Part shown: one piece after another, positions 51,631-64,000 of the stretch
Numbering within the stretch: the first letter of the stretch is position 1
Layout: the number at the start of each line of letters is the position of its first letter
Origin: Octopus bimaculoides
Lineage: Eukaryota
NCBI RefSeq assembly: GCF_001194135.2
Contig: NC_069003.1
Coordinates: 28,759,498-28,823,497 of the forward strand
Length of the DNA stretch: 64,000 bases
Direction of reading: 5' to 3'
Notes under the pieces: generated by a model
Database searches by the model: none
Seen by the model: the letters and a program-made list of their open reading frames with translations, nothing else
Told to the model about the DNA's origin: nothing
Program-made: the position numbers and the translations under genes

Positions 51631-52365
51631 CATAGTATACCTAAAGCTACATTATCTAATGAATTGCTTTCGCAAAAGACAGTGTATAACTTGGAAGGAC
51701 TTGGCTGCTATTTCTAAAAAGCCAAGGGTAGCCTATAAAGATTCCCTCCTTGGATTGTTGCGCAATTCTTTTGAACGATGTCTAATGTTGTGTTCAGTAT
51801 ATTTATTATTATTTTTTATTATTATTCTCCTATTCTAATTTGCTTTCTGCCAATTTTGTGCTGTTTAAATATTTTAAGCACGATGAAATATCATTTCCGT
51901 TGACGTGAGCGCATTTCCATGAGATATTTAGATTTCGGTTAAACAAGGGATTAGATTACAGGTTGGTGTAATCTTAGATTTTTATTTCTGTAGTTACAGA
52001 ACTAAATTTAGCTTAAACAAACGTGAGAAGGGTTATTGAAAACTGTCACCACTAAATGACAAAGATTAAATAAATAATAATAATAAACACTAAATATTGC
52101 GCACGAAGAAAACAAGCAGTTCTGACACTACATTTCTCTAATTTAACGATTAATTAAACAAACGCCCTAAATAGTTTTGTAAACAGGTGAAAGGGCCACA
52201 TTTTTTCCCATTGAGAGCATATTAAGAGAATATGCTGAAAATCCAGTGTAGGCGGTGGTGCCAGCTCTGTAAGGCAATTCACCTCGAAGGTAGCTATTTC
52301 AATAAGAAAGCTACAGCTTGTTAGTCACCCCATCCGTTTTAGTTCACTGAGCCCATTGTGTTCAG

Positions 52366-52484
52366 AACTTCAATTGTAAAGAGTGGCAGCTCGGACTGTC
52401 TCAATTTAAAACTACCAAACGCTAGCAGAAAGAAAATCCCTACGGCTGCGACGGAGAAGAGACGAAAACGACAGGCTCTGAAAG
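52366..52484 (+). CDS. Candidate 119-nt exon (TSIVKSGSSDCLNLKLPNASRKKIPTAATEKRRKRQALK)
   Basis: Acceptor CCCATTGTGTTCAG| and donor AAG|GTACGA; single open frame; GC-richer than flanks; basic NLS-like stretch. Confidence 0.3.
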
Positions 52485-55400
52485 GTACGAATATTGGTAG
52501 CCACAACGCCGCATGTAGTCGGCCGCTATTCCTTATTATCTTCGGAAACGAAGAACTGCCATAACTGGAAATATGAATCATCTGTTGTTATTTCAGTTCC
52601 TCATTCTCAGAAATCCTTGACTGAACACATATTTCATCAAAATCCTTCCAACCGTATATTTTCGCCTTTCATTTTGGGGAAATACATTTTGGGTGGCCTT
52701 TTAACATTTACCGCTTATCTTTTATCTTAATCTTGTTTCAGTTATCATTCCGCTTAATTAATGCAAGGTGACGTCTATTGTCATACATAGTTTATCACCT
52801 TCCACACTACTCATACTATTCATTTTAATTGAGTACCCGCAAAACGCCACGTGTAGATTCCAATACTATAACGGAACTTACAGTGAAAACGATGGAAAAA
52901 ATTCATATGGAAAACTTACATAGAAAGGTCGTACCGACAAATCATAGATGAATTATACAGAGAAAAGATTTTAGCGAAAATTGGTGAATAAATTCAGGAT
53001 CATAAATTATTACTTTTAAGGTTAATCATTTAGTAGAAAGTTTTAAATAAGTTGTGAAATAGTTTTAAGTTTAATTATCTTAAAAAAGTTTTAAATTTGA
53101 TCTTAATTACTTTGAAGTTTAATCATATTAGAGAATTATTTAAACTTTGAACAGGTTTCTATTAGACTTCAAGGGATTAATTAGCGTGGATATATTTGAT
53201 ATATTATATATTTTAACGAATAATTAAACTACAGGATTCCTCCATTTCCCCGTTGATAGTGTGAAGATGTGCTAAGCTTCATGTATAATTAACTAATGCA
53301 GGCATATATATTTTTCGTATCTAAATCTATTTATGTTTGTTCTTGTAAATTTGGTATGATGTTTGCTTCAATGCTTATAATATTCCTATATTCTCGTCCA
53401 AGAAATGGCTTATGACATTTCGAGTAATTTTACTGAAGATAAAGGTGAGAAGTGGAAAAATGTTAGATATTTTATACTTATTTTCATATTGTAAAACTCT
53501 CGACAATTTTCTCAATTTCTGTCTTCTCACTCTATATAATTAAAATATATACATTTGTTCATATATTTTAGTATTTTCTTTATTTACATATACGCCGTAA
53601 TGAAACAATATATTCTGGAAAGATTATTTCGAACGATATTTTCTTTTCAAATATATAATTACATATATTGATTGACATTTCTAATTAAATTAATGAATGC
53701 GAGTATGGAAGAGGCGTAGAAAATTGTCTATATGAATCTAGTGTGGTTTGTTCCGTTGGTCTGGTGATATACTGCAGTCTTTCATTAACAAACCAGTCAT
53801 TCACGAACAATCTTTCAGAGTCGGTGGCACCTCAGCCTCACCAAGTACCAAAGGAAGCACTCTGTATCTATTTCGTGATATTTACTGTGTCTCATCCTTT
53901 AAGTCCTTCGCAGAAACATCCTTTTGGTAATTAATTTACTTCGCAAGGAAAGGCTTCGAGGTTCAGTACATTAGACTAAAATCTTTGTCTTTTGTAAGCT
54001 AACCACTACTCAACGAATAACGTATGATAAAAATTTAATAGAGGGGTTCTGTCTCGAAGCACGACTATGGAACAACCATTTTCTTGAGTAGTTGATTTCA
54101 ATCACCGTCCACGTTAACACCACCGTCAAGCAATTGGGTGCCGTTAGCAAAGATTAATCCATCGTAAGCTTTCAGGCCAGATTTTCGTTTTGGGGATAAC
54201 CTTCTTCTTTATGCACATCATATACAGGTACTTCAAAGGTGATCTGTCGAGTTATCCGTTCTCCTTTCATTAACGTTTATAAGTAAAATTGAAAATATGT
54301 TCCACATCTGCATTCATGTTAGTAGTGCTACCGCCTTGATTTTGCTCCAAGTTACGTTTCTTTTTCTAAGGCGTTTTGGTACTCAGTGAGCAAAAACTTT
54401 TCCCCCGCAACTACGACTACAGGCAACGCTGTTCACAACAGTTTATTCCAAATTTCAACTATTTATAAACACTATCTACTACGAAAACACTGGTGGAGAA
54501 CCAAATTAAAAGAAATATAAACGACGGCGAAACGGAGCAAATATTGTGAGTCACCTAAATATGAATATACATTCAAAGTTATACAAAAGGAAGCCATTTC
54601 GTAAATCAGATGTCATAAATCATTCTAAGAGGGATTTATTCGGCTGGCCCTTATTGAGCTTCAAATCTATGTATAATTTTTATATATATATATAGTTAAA
54701 GTTTNNNNNNNNNNNNNNNNNNNNNNNNNNNNNNNNNNNNNNNNNNNNNNNNNNNNNNNNNNNNNNNNNNNNNNNNNNNNNNNNNNNNNNNNNNNNNNNN
54801 NNNNNNNNNNNNNNNNNNNNNNNNNNNNNNNNNNNNNNNNNNNNNNNNNNNNNNNNNNNNNNNNNNNNNNNNNNNNNNNNNNNNNNNNNNNNNNNNNNAT
54901 ATATATATATATATATATATATATTAGAGGATATGAGACAAAAAGTAGGTCATGCATATAGACAAAATATACAGAGCCAGTTCTTTGAATATTCTAAGCC
55001 ATATCGAAAATTAGGCAATGAATCCGATGAGGAGGCCGTCAAACATAAATACTTTACAATCAAATGTCTCAAGTACGACGCGTCCTTTTTCTATGACTCC
55101 TTCAAGTACAGAAACATATATACACTCCACTACACATGCCACTTCTTTACAATCTTTATGAAGTTTTCCTACACACCATCTCGCTCTAATGTCCCACTCA
55201 CCCCCCTCTCCATCTCACTCTTTCTGTCTGCCAGCCTCTCTATCTCTATCTATCTTTGTTTGTCTATCATTCTAAATTTATTTGTTATACGAGACATATC
55301 ACTACATACTTTACTTAATACATCTAACGTGGAAAATGTATAGAAAGAGCTATTGACATTTCTTTTATACACGTTTCTACGAGTTGAAAGTAGATGCTGA

Positions 55401-55546
55401 ACCTTCACATTTTCCCATCATCAACAGGAGATTTTTCGAAGATTCTAGGAAAGTGTCAGTTAAAATATTTTATAAAGAAAACTAACGCGAAATTGAATTT
55501 GAAATTCAATGTACGTACGTATGTATATACATACAACAGGGTTTAT

Positions 55547-55601
<55 letters not shown>

Positions 55602-55716
55602 NNNNNNNNNNNNNNNNNNNNNNNNNNNNNNNNNNNNNNNNNNNNNNNNNNNNNNNNNNNNNNNNNNNNNNNNNNNNNNNNNNNNNNNNNNNNNNNNNNN
55701 NNNNNNNNNNNNNNNN

Positions 55717-55749
<33 letters not shown>

Positions 55750-57034
55750 CATAGGTATAAGTAACGGTAACTTGTATGGTGCCAAATATATCCAGTTGCA
55801 TGTTAACAAATGGAAAATTTAATCAAGAACAAAAGCAGAGGAGTGGGGGGGGGGAGGAAAAGAATTTAAGCAAGGTCATTTGGCTGGTAGTATCACAGAC
55901 TTTAAGGAAAGGGGACTGGTATCTGAAAAAATATTTGAAGAAGAGGGAGTGGGGAATATTTGAAAAACACCTCTCCACTCTATATCATCTTATTTTCAAA
56001 TACCATTCCCCTTGATAATTTCTGTGATACTACCGGTCAAATGACTTCGCTTCAATTCCTCTTTCTCCTCACTCATGTCATTTTTCTGTATTTCCTTCTT
56101 CCTTCTTTTAAACCTAGTTTCTCTCTGCATTTATATTCGACACTGCTACCGTGCTCTCTACACCTTCTGATAAGATCTTCCATCTGTTAATATACACCTT
56201 CTTGCGACAATGTAAACTTACATTTAATAAAGATATCCTTCGCCTGAATAGTAGCGTGCGGTTAGATATTTACTACTTCTGAGGTTCCGCTCCATATCCA
56301 ACGTATGTAAACCGGATCTTATCTTCTCCAGTCCTCTTGTTTGTATACACACACACACACACATACATGTGTGTGTGCGTAACTATGTTAGCAAATGTAC
56401 TCTTTCCTAAAATATAGTGATTGGATATAATCTTATTGAAACGTGCGTGTTATTTAATGTAGGTAAGATATCTTGGTTTCGAAAAGAGTGATTACGAGTT
56501 GTGTTGATTTAGGAGGGTATTATAGATGTCAGGTGAAATGCATAAGCAATTCTATGGTAACTTTACTCACTTACATAAGTAACAATATATACATGCCTGT
56601 AGAAATATAATTATACATTTGAATATTATATTATACATGCACGCACATATAAAGAAATATCAGGAGGTATAACAGTTGAATAGAGATTTATGAAACCATG
56701 TGATATTCATCGGTGTGCAGTTGTTTCACAACCTTCTTCGCGTATAATTAATTTTAGTATATATGAAATTATGTGAACACGTTTGCATTTATACGTACGC
56801 AAGGTATCGTACGTTAGAACCGCATATTCACAAATTAATACCTACATAGAAAGGTAAGTCATCTTATTATGTTTACATCAAGGGTTTAATATTAAACGTA
56901 TACAAAATTCACTCGGTGTACATACACTATATGAAAGATCGAAACTCGATAAAAGTACATCTCGAAAGAAATAAAGCTATGAATAATAACGTATAAGTAT
57001 TTGGTTAAAATTCTTTCGGGGAAGAAAAAGTGTG

Positions 57035-57112
57035 GAGTGCTACCCCCGAGAATCGAACCCATATTTCTTGTAAATATGACGGGCATTATCCTTTCAGACC
57101 AGAGCAATCATG
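57035..57112 (-). pseudogene. Degenerate tRNA-like sequence (tRNA pseudogene or SINE head)
   Basis: Reverse complement TGCTCTGGTCTGAAAGGATAATG..ATGGGTTCGATTCTCGGGGGTAGCA has a B box (GGTTCGATTC) and a partial T-arm and acceptor stem; no convincing anticodon arm. Confidence 0.35.
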
Positions 57113-57261
57113 CCAGACTGTCTGACCACTTTAGAGACTTCATTCGTACCAGTGAGGATTGTACTTCGTTTACTTCTTGGTTACAAATAATATGGGTTTG
57201 CATCCGACGTGCAGCCTTTGCCTCTTTCTATTGCAAATGTTTTAACCTAATATTTACATGC

Positions 57262-57465
57262 TAATCAAGCCGTTACCACGCCGGGCAAATTGCGTAGCGG
57301 CATTTCGTGCGTATTTAGGTTCTGATTTCAGATGCCACCAAGGTTGACTTAGCCTTTTATCCTTTGGGGGTTGATGAAAGACGTACCAGCAGAAAGCTAA
57401 AGACGATGAAATCGATTTACCTACCTCCCCGAAAATTGCAGGTTTGTGCCAGTATTTGAAACCGA
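57262..57465 (+). mobile_element. SINE-C (TTTGAAAC-tail subtype)
   Basis: CGTTACCACGCCGGGCAAAT..AGCGGCATTTCG..CAAGGTTGACTTAGCCTTTTATCCTTTGGGGGTTGATGAAA..GAAATCGAT..TTTGTGCCAGTATTTGAAACC. Confidence 0.85.
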
Positions 57466-58489
57466 TATCATATACAAGTTTTGTTCTTCCTAGCTATAAT
57501 CTTGCTAATTAATTTGGCGATAAGTTCAAAATATATGAGCTGTTACTTATTACGGGGGGGCACCTGTTATATTGATGTCTCTTAACTCTTTCTCCTCCTC
57601 CTCCTCCTTCCCCTCTCCTCCACCATTTCCCCCTCATTCTCTTTTTCTTTTCTTCTTCTTATTATTTGCTACTGAGCTTGTTAAACTATTTTTAAAACAA
57701 TTTTTTTCTTAAAGCTAAGAAATCTCTCTGTCTTAAATAACTAAATGAAATATTGTTTATTTTTTTAAACACATTCGCATACGAAATTCTTCGAAGATTT
57801 TTCGAAAGTCTTCTCTTGAAGTATTTAGTTAAATTTATAGTTAGTTTTCTTTTCAGTGAATACATAAAAAATTTAATTTCAAAACTAAACTTCCAGACAT
57901 GAACCTTGTAAGCAGAAAAATCAAATCGAAAACCACCATAGAGAATGTATACACACAAAAGATGGAACAAAAAATATTGTACGCTCGCGTTAGTATATAA
58001 AAAATAAAGCTAATATCAATTCCAAATTTAAAAAAAAAACTATATGAATTACATGCATGACGCTAGAAGATGCTTTGTCAATTGTTAAAACCACATTTGC
58101 ACACACGCTTAAAGTGTCGAACATTCAATATGTTTATGAGAATCGTAAGGTTATAAGAGTCGTACAGCTAAAGCTGCTGTAAAAATCAATGGTCTGGTAC
58201 AGTTATGCTTAGCTAAACGGTTTTTCCATGTCTGAAAATGTATTCACGAACAGGTATGGAGGAAACCTACTAAATTGATCACCCTCAGTATGGCATTGCT
58301 TTTCATTTGCCCGCAAAGAAAGTAGCTGAAGGAGGCATTCTCTAATGATGGAATGATAAGAAAGAAATACTCGGTATGCCATGGGATAAATCCTTCAGGC
58401 CTTTTTTCCTTTTGCTTAGAACTGATGGCAGTAATGTAACAAACTGAAATTGCAAGGTTACCACGCTCATACTTGTAAGCCAACAGTTG

Positions 58490-58690
58490 GACCTAAGAAA
58501 GGTACAGGAGATGTTCAGTGGTGAAAACCCTTTGTCTTTCCCTTGGATAACATCGATGGCGTGGAGAAGGGAGGCTGGTATGCATGGTCGACTGCTGGTT
58601 TTCCATAAACAACCATGCCCGGACTTTTGCTTCGGAAGGTAACTTTCTAGGTGCAATCCCACGGTCATTCATGACCGAAGGGGATCGTTA
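58490..58690 (+). mobile_element. Unclassified interspersed repeat, probable retroposon 3' region
   Basis: GC-richer block GGGAGGCTGGTATGCATGG..CTTTCTAGGTGCAATCCCACGGTCATTCATGACCGAAGGG; single copy in the window, classed from recollection only. Confidence 0.35.
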
Positions 58691-59447
58691 CAATCTGTGA
58701 ATCATTGACATGAAATGTGCTTGTAAAGCATTCTATTTTGCGTTGTTTTGTACGGCAATGAAATTATCAGTTCCATGTATGCCCAAATATTGTTTCAATC
58801 GAAATTTCCATTTTAAATGGCACAGATTTCATTGCTAACATGTATCAAATCTTCTGTATTTTTCAGTGTGATGCCAACATGGTTAATGAGAAATATTATT
58901 TATCATCCAATTAAATCATTCAGGAAAAGAATTCGATTTCATGCGCGTAGAACCATGAAGGAAATAATAATTGGAAACCTTGATAAAACCATTGAAAAAT
59001 AATATTTGGAACATTATAATACATATTGGCAAAGGTAGACGTGATGCAGGTGATATTTCTAAACACATTTATAAATGATTATTATGTTGACAAGTAAATA
59101 AATCCACTTACAGACACGTCTCTATGATTAAAAAAGTATGAAAACAACCAGTGTAGTCGAAGACTATGTTGATTAATTACGCCGAGATCCCTTCTTTGTA
59201 ATGTGAATTATGTAGATCATTGTTCTGTTGATTAGCAACATCATCAAGCAATGTTCCTGTGACCCACATATAATGATGTCCTCTTATTTGAACATTAATT
59301 CGAATATAAATATTGCAGAATCCGAAGTATGAGATACGCTTGTACAGCATGATAATATAAAAGTCATTATCGCTTTGGGGAATCATATAAAGTAATATGA
59401 TTTTGTATTGTTTGACAAGTATTTCAATGCCTTATCGTGGCTTTCTC

Positions 59448-59835
59448 TTCGCAGCGACCTTGGAAAATTCTGAAAAAAACGAACGAATTCCTTAGAGGTA
59501 TTTATTCTGGATTTACATTCTGAGATGAAATTGATTCGACGTAGATGTTGCTTTGTATCCTTTCCAAGATGATAAAATAAGTACCAATTTGATACAGAAG
59601 TCAACGAAATCGCCTGGTCCTATCCCTCAACATTTCAGACTTCATTCCTTGTGCCTACAGTAGAAAGAATTAACACAAATTCCCGAAGGTGCGTCGTAGT
59701 AGAACCATGAGAACGTGGAAAAAAGTGATTTGCCCTGCTTGTTTCGGTCATTTTATGTTCTGGTTTTAAATCGGGACGGGCTCCACTTTGCCCTCAATCC
59801 ATCCAGTGCCGATAAAATAAAATACCAATCAAACA
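59448..59835 (+). mobile_element. Two decayed SINE-C copies in tandem (about 59448-59670 and 59686-59835)
   Basis: GATAAAATAAGTACCA..CTTGTGCCTACAGTAGAAAG, then GAAGGTGCG..TTTATGTTCTGG..CACTTTGCCCTCAATCC..GATAAAATAAAATACCA. Confidence 0.6.
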
Positions 59836-61017
59836 GTAGAGATATTATGGCCGCCCCACATAAATAAACTGATTATAGTCTTTCCTTCACTTGACATAAA
59901 AGCTTGTTTTTAAAGTAAAGTTGATTTAGACAATTTAATTCACTGTTCATATCGCTAAGAGTAATTTTAGACTTACTTATATTAGTGTAGCGAATACGGC
60001 AATGCAGTTACGACGATGCTTTGTTATATTTTATCCTTTATTAATTTCGCGCCTGTAACTTATTTCATTTTCGATATATCTTTCTGGAAACGATTAAAGT
60101 GTCGATATTTGATTACATATAAATAGCACGAGAAAAATGAGTGAACGCTAGATGTATTTAATAACAGAATGGAGAGTAAACATTTCTTTAAAATTTATTG
60201 AGTAAAGGTGATTGGTGTGTTTATTTGAGAGAGAGAAAGGTATAGTTCTGTCAATACATTGGGTAAGATTTAGATCTGATAGGAAGCAACCGATCCAGAA
60301 GATGCGATGTGAGCGAGGCCTATATATGGGAAATTTCGATACGAAATTCACATGCTAACCCCAGTCAGACACATTGTAGAAAGCATAATATTCTCCATTT
60401 TTTTGCAATGCAGAATTTCTCAGATAACTGAAGGAGAAGATTATGTCTGTATTCGATCTGGTTTTAAAGAAAGCTGTCTAGTAGTCATTAATGATAAACA
60501 AATATGTAGACAGATCGATCGATCGATAGATAGATAAATAATTAGAGAGATAGGTAGGTAGGTAGACAGACAGATAGAGAAAGAGAGAGAGTGGGTGAGA
60601 GAGTGAGAGAGAAGAAAAAAGGGAGAAATCAAGAGGGAGACAGAGAAGGAGAAATCAAAGGTATTTGAAACACCATTTTTAATTACTGCCTCTATTAGAG
60701 ATAGAGATAGGGTGCTACAGGGTTGGCAATGTAAGAAAGTTTGTCTAGTTTTCAAAGGGAAAAAAGCGGAGCGCGATTCGAAAGGAACGGGTAAATTACT
60801 TCGAAGATATTGGTACCCACCCCGTTATAGCTGCCTCAGGTTGCAGGATTTGGCGCTTTCGGAAATTGCAACGTATAGCCATGAGTTTCGGAACACGGTC
60901 TGTAGTTTTGCTTTTAACATTTAAGTATTAGTTATCATCAAAATATATACTTAACAATTTGAAAGACTATCATGACGTTACACACATACACGTGTATATA
61001 TTATGCACATAATTTCA

Positions 61018-61052
<35 letters not shown>

Positions 61053-61628
61053 NNNNNNNNNNNNNNNNNNNNNNNNNNNNNNNNNNNNNNNNNNNNNNNN
61101 NNNNNNNNNNNNNNNNNNNNNNNNNNNNNNNNNNNNNNNNNNNNNNNNNNNNNNNNNNNNNNNNNNNNNNNNNNNNNNNNNNNNNNNNNNNNNNNNNNNN
61201 NNNNNNNNNNNNNNNNNNNNNNNNNNNNNNNNNNNNNNNNNNNNNNNNNNNNNNNNNNNNNNNNNNNNNNNNNNNNNNNNNNNNNNNNNNNNNNNNNNNN
61301 NNNNNNNNNNNNNNNNNNNNNNNNNNNNNNNNNNNNNNNNNNNNNNNNNNNNNNNNNNNNNNNNNNNNNNNNNNNNNNNNNNNNNNNNNNNNNNNNNNNN
61401 NNNNNNNNNNNNNNNNNNNNNNNNNNNNNNNNNNNNNNNNNNNNNNNNNNNNNNNNNNNNNNNNNNNNNNNNNNNNNNNNNNNNNNNNNNNNNNNNNNNN
61501 NNNNNNNNNNNNNNNNNNNNNNNNNNNNNNNNNNNNNNNNNNNNNNNNNNNNNNNNNNNNNNNNNNNNNNNNNNNNNNNNNNNNNNNNNNTATATATATA
61601 TATACACATATATATATGTATATGAATG

Positions 61629-61639
61629 TAATAATATAG

Positions 61640-61689
<50 letters not shown>

Positions 61690-61715
61690 TAATAATAATA
61701 ATAATAATAATAATA

Positions 61716-61788
<73 letters not shown>

Positions 61789-61803
61789 TAATAATAATAA
61801 TAC
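61629..61803. repeat. (TAA)n trinucleotide microsatellite, more than 50 units
   Basis: Read directly; source of the poly-Leu ORF 61015-61860. Confidence 0.95.
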
Positions 61804-62912
61804 TGCAGCTATTGTAAAATGGTACGATCGGTACACTGATATATGTGGCATTGCGTGCAATAATTAGTCATAATGTCATAACGAGACCTCTGAATTTTAC
61901 CCACAATAAAGGCAATGAAACATAAGAATAGTTACAGCGATAGAATAGCAGAATGCGTAAATTGGCGGGTTTGAATAACGAAGAATGACGTGGGTTGTTG
62001 CTATAACGCTGCACAGGTATTTTCAAAAACACAAATTACTAAATATCTTAGGTTTCTGCTTCTTTTTATCGTCGTAGTTTGTAAACAGTTGTTGCTGCAC
62101 TTAATTTTACAAAGGCATCAATGACATGAGATTGCCAGCACAACGCAGCGAATCAAACCACAAAGTGGATTTGATCATAATTTTCAGTTCACTGGTTTTC
62201 TCGCTTCCCTTTATCCCTCGCAATGAAGACACGCGCTGCTTAAATCGAGGACATACGCTGTTTACATCGAGGACATTCACGCACACACATATAAATACAC
62301 AAACACACAGAGACAAACATTCACTCATATATAAACACAGACATTCCGTACAGTAATTCCTTCAAAAGGCATTAGTCAACACATGTTTAATGTGCCGTAA
62401 TAATGGAATGAAACATAGAACCACGGGATCCTCATAAAATGAATGAATTCTTAAGAAATACATGTGATGCTGCCAGGAAAACGCTGTAATGACATATTTC
62501 CAGTCCAAGAAACGTTAAGAGATTATCACATAATTTCATTTCATCGATTCTAAATTCTCAATTCTCAGCTATGGAATCAGGCAAAAGAAGACAAAAAAAA
62601 AACAGAAGAAAAAAGAAAACAGAAAAACAAATCTAGAAAAGTAACTAAAAGAAACGGAAAGAAAATTAGAAACCATAGCCTTTTCTGTTATTTATTATAT
62701 GTATAAATATATATATATATGTAATTTTGAATACAATTTTATAAACAACATGTACTCGTACGCAAGACCATATTTATCAAGTGACAAAAAAACAGTGAAA
62801 AGCACGCACACACATACACCCATGAATACACACTTACATATATATTTGCGCACTTGTACGTATGTGTGCGTGTAGTGAGAGTGCCTGTATATGTGTGTGT
62901 GAGTGTGTATGT

Positions 62913-62953
<41 letters not shown>

Positions 62954-63011
62954 TATGTATATAACGATAAAGTAATCTTTCGTTACAGATAAATATTACT
63001 TTATATTATAT

Positions 63012-63075
63012 ACGACGTGGTGAAATGGTTTGTGCGCCGAGCAAAATGCTTAGTGGTTTTTCGTCCATCTTTACA
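63012..63075 (+). mobile_element. SINE-C head fragment
   Basis: GCGCCGAGCAAAATGCTTAGTGGTTTTTCGTCCATCTTTAC. Confidence 0.65.
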
Positions 63076-63082
63076 TAATATA

Positions 63083-63240
63083 CCTTTTATCTTTTATTTG
63101 TTTGAGTAGTTGAGCTGCGGCCATGCTGGGGCTCCTTGTTGAATTCAACCGAACAAATTAACCCTGGTGCGTATTTTTGTTTTTTATATATATCTAGTTA
63201 TAATTATTCTATAGTTTCTTTTGTCGAACCACTAAGTAAG
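63083..63240 (-). mobile_element. SINE-D tail
   Basis: CTTTTATTTGTTTGAGT..GCTGCGGCCATGCTGGGGC..CGAACAAATTAACCCTGG..TATTCTATAG..TTTTGTCGAACCACTAAGT. Confidence 0.75.
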
Positions 63241-63437
63241 CGTTTATGTGTATGTCTGCGTGTGTGCGTTCTTGCGTGCTTGCATTTGTTGCCGCATATG
63301 TATGCATGCGCGTATCTGCGCGTGCGTACCTATGTGTGTGGATATGTGTGTGGTTGTGTATTGGAATTGTTCACAATTACATAAATTTATTCGTATAAAT
63401 TTACATCCATCCATACANNNNNNNNNNNNNNNNNNNN

Positions 63438-63476
<39 letters not shown>

Positions 63477-63815
63477 CACATATATATATACATACCTGTG
63501 TGTGTATGAATGTATATATATGTACGTATGTGTGTATGTATGCACGCATGTGTGTATGCTTTTGCATATATATATATATATATATATATCGTAAGATGAA
63601 GATTAAGGTACTTGAAAAGGTAAGCACCAGTTAGGAGTGGGGTAATCTCTGTGGTTCCGGCCTATGGTTACTTAGAGTCGAAATATCTGATAGGATATTT
63701 CGGTTGTGTACACAAAGAAAACCAACTGTATGTATATTTAAGAAACAGCTGCAATGAGCTGATATTTATTCATCGTATGTTTATTATACATTTGACTATA
63801 CACACACATACACAG

Positions 63816-63855
<40 letters not shown>

Positions 63856-64000
63856 ACACATATATATATATATATAATTAGAAGAAATACGATTGAAAGG
63901 ATCTACAGAAGAAGGGGATTGAGTTACTACGTTATTCTATTTAGTAATAATCGCCAAGTAGGAAAATAACTTACAAAAATACCATTTTATATAAAGCACA

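Noticed and set aside
60710-60890. CAGGGTTGGCA hAT-like terminus
   Set aside because: No matching inverted terminus or 8-bp target duplication found.

Overview
AT-rich, non-prokaryotic animal DNA from a draft assembly: about 7 kb of N in 19 gaps, nearly all bordered by (TA)n/(CA)n/(TATC)n microsatellites. The repeat landscape suggests a coleoid cephalopod, most likely Octopus; this is inference from recalled repeat families, not from a search. No long ORF, rRNA, intact tRNA or CRISPR array is present. Almost all of the supplied ORF track is microsatellite or N-gap artefact. Recognisable content is mostly mobile DNA. (1) About 30 pieces of four tRNA-headed SINE types, labelled A-D here (my labels), which share modules. 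(2) Decayed mariner/Tc1 transposase remnants. (3) Helitron, RTE and R4/Dong-type (restriction-like endonuclease) fragments. (4) A 527-bp foldback element, a MITE pair and a palindrome with hammerhead-like cores. A set of short plus-strand segments with canonical splice signals joins into one open frame (11570-30245), suggesting the window is mostly intron of an unidentified multi-microexon gene; this is unproven. Most notable structures: three SINE-C copies of two tail subtypes stacked head-to-tail between four copies of one 13-bp motif; a tail-to-tail pair of decayed minimal hammerheads; a mariner copy broken by a micro-inversion; and a flipped hairpin loop inside the foldback element.
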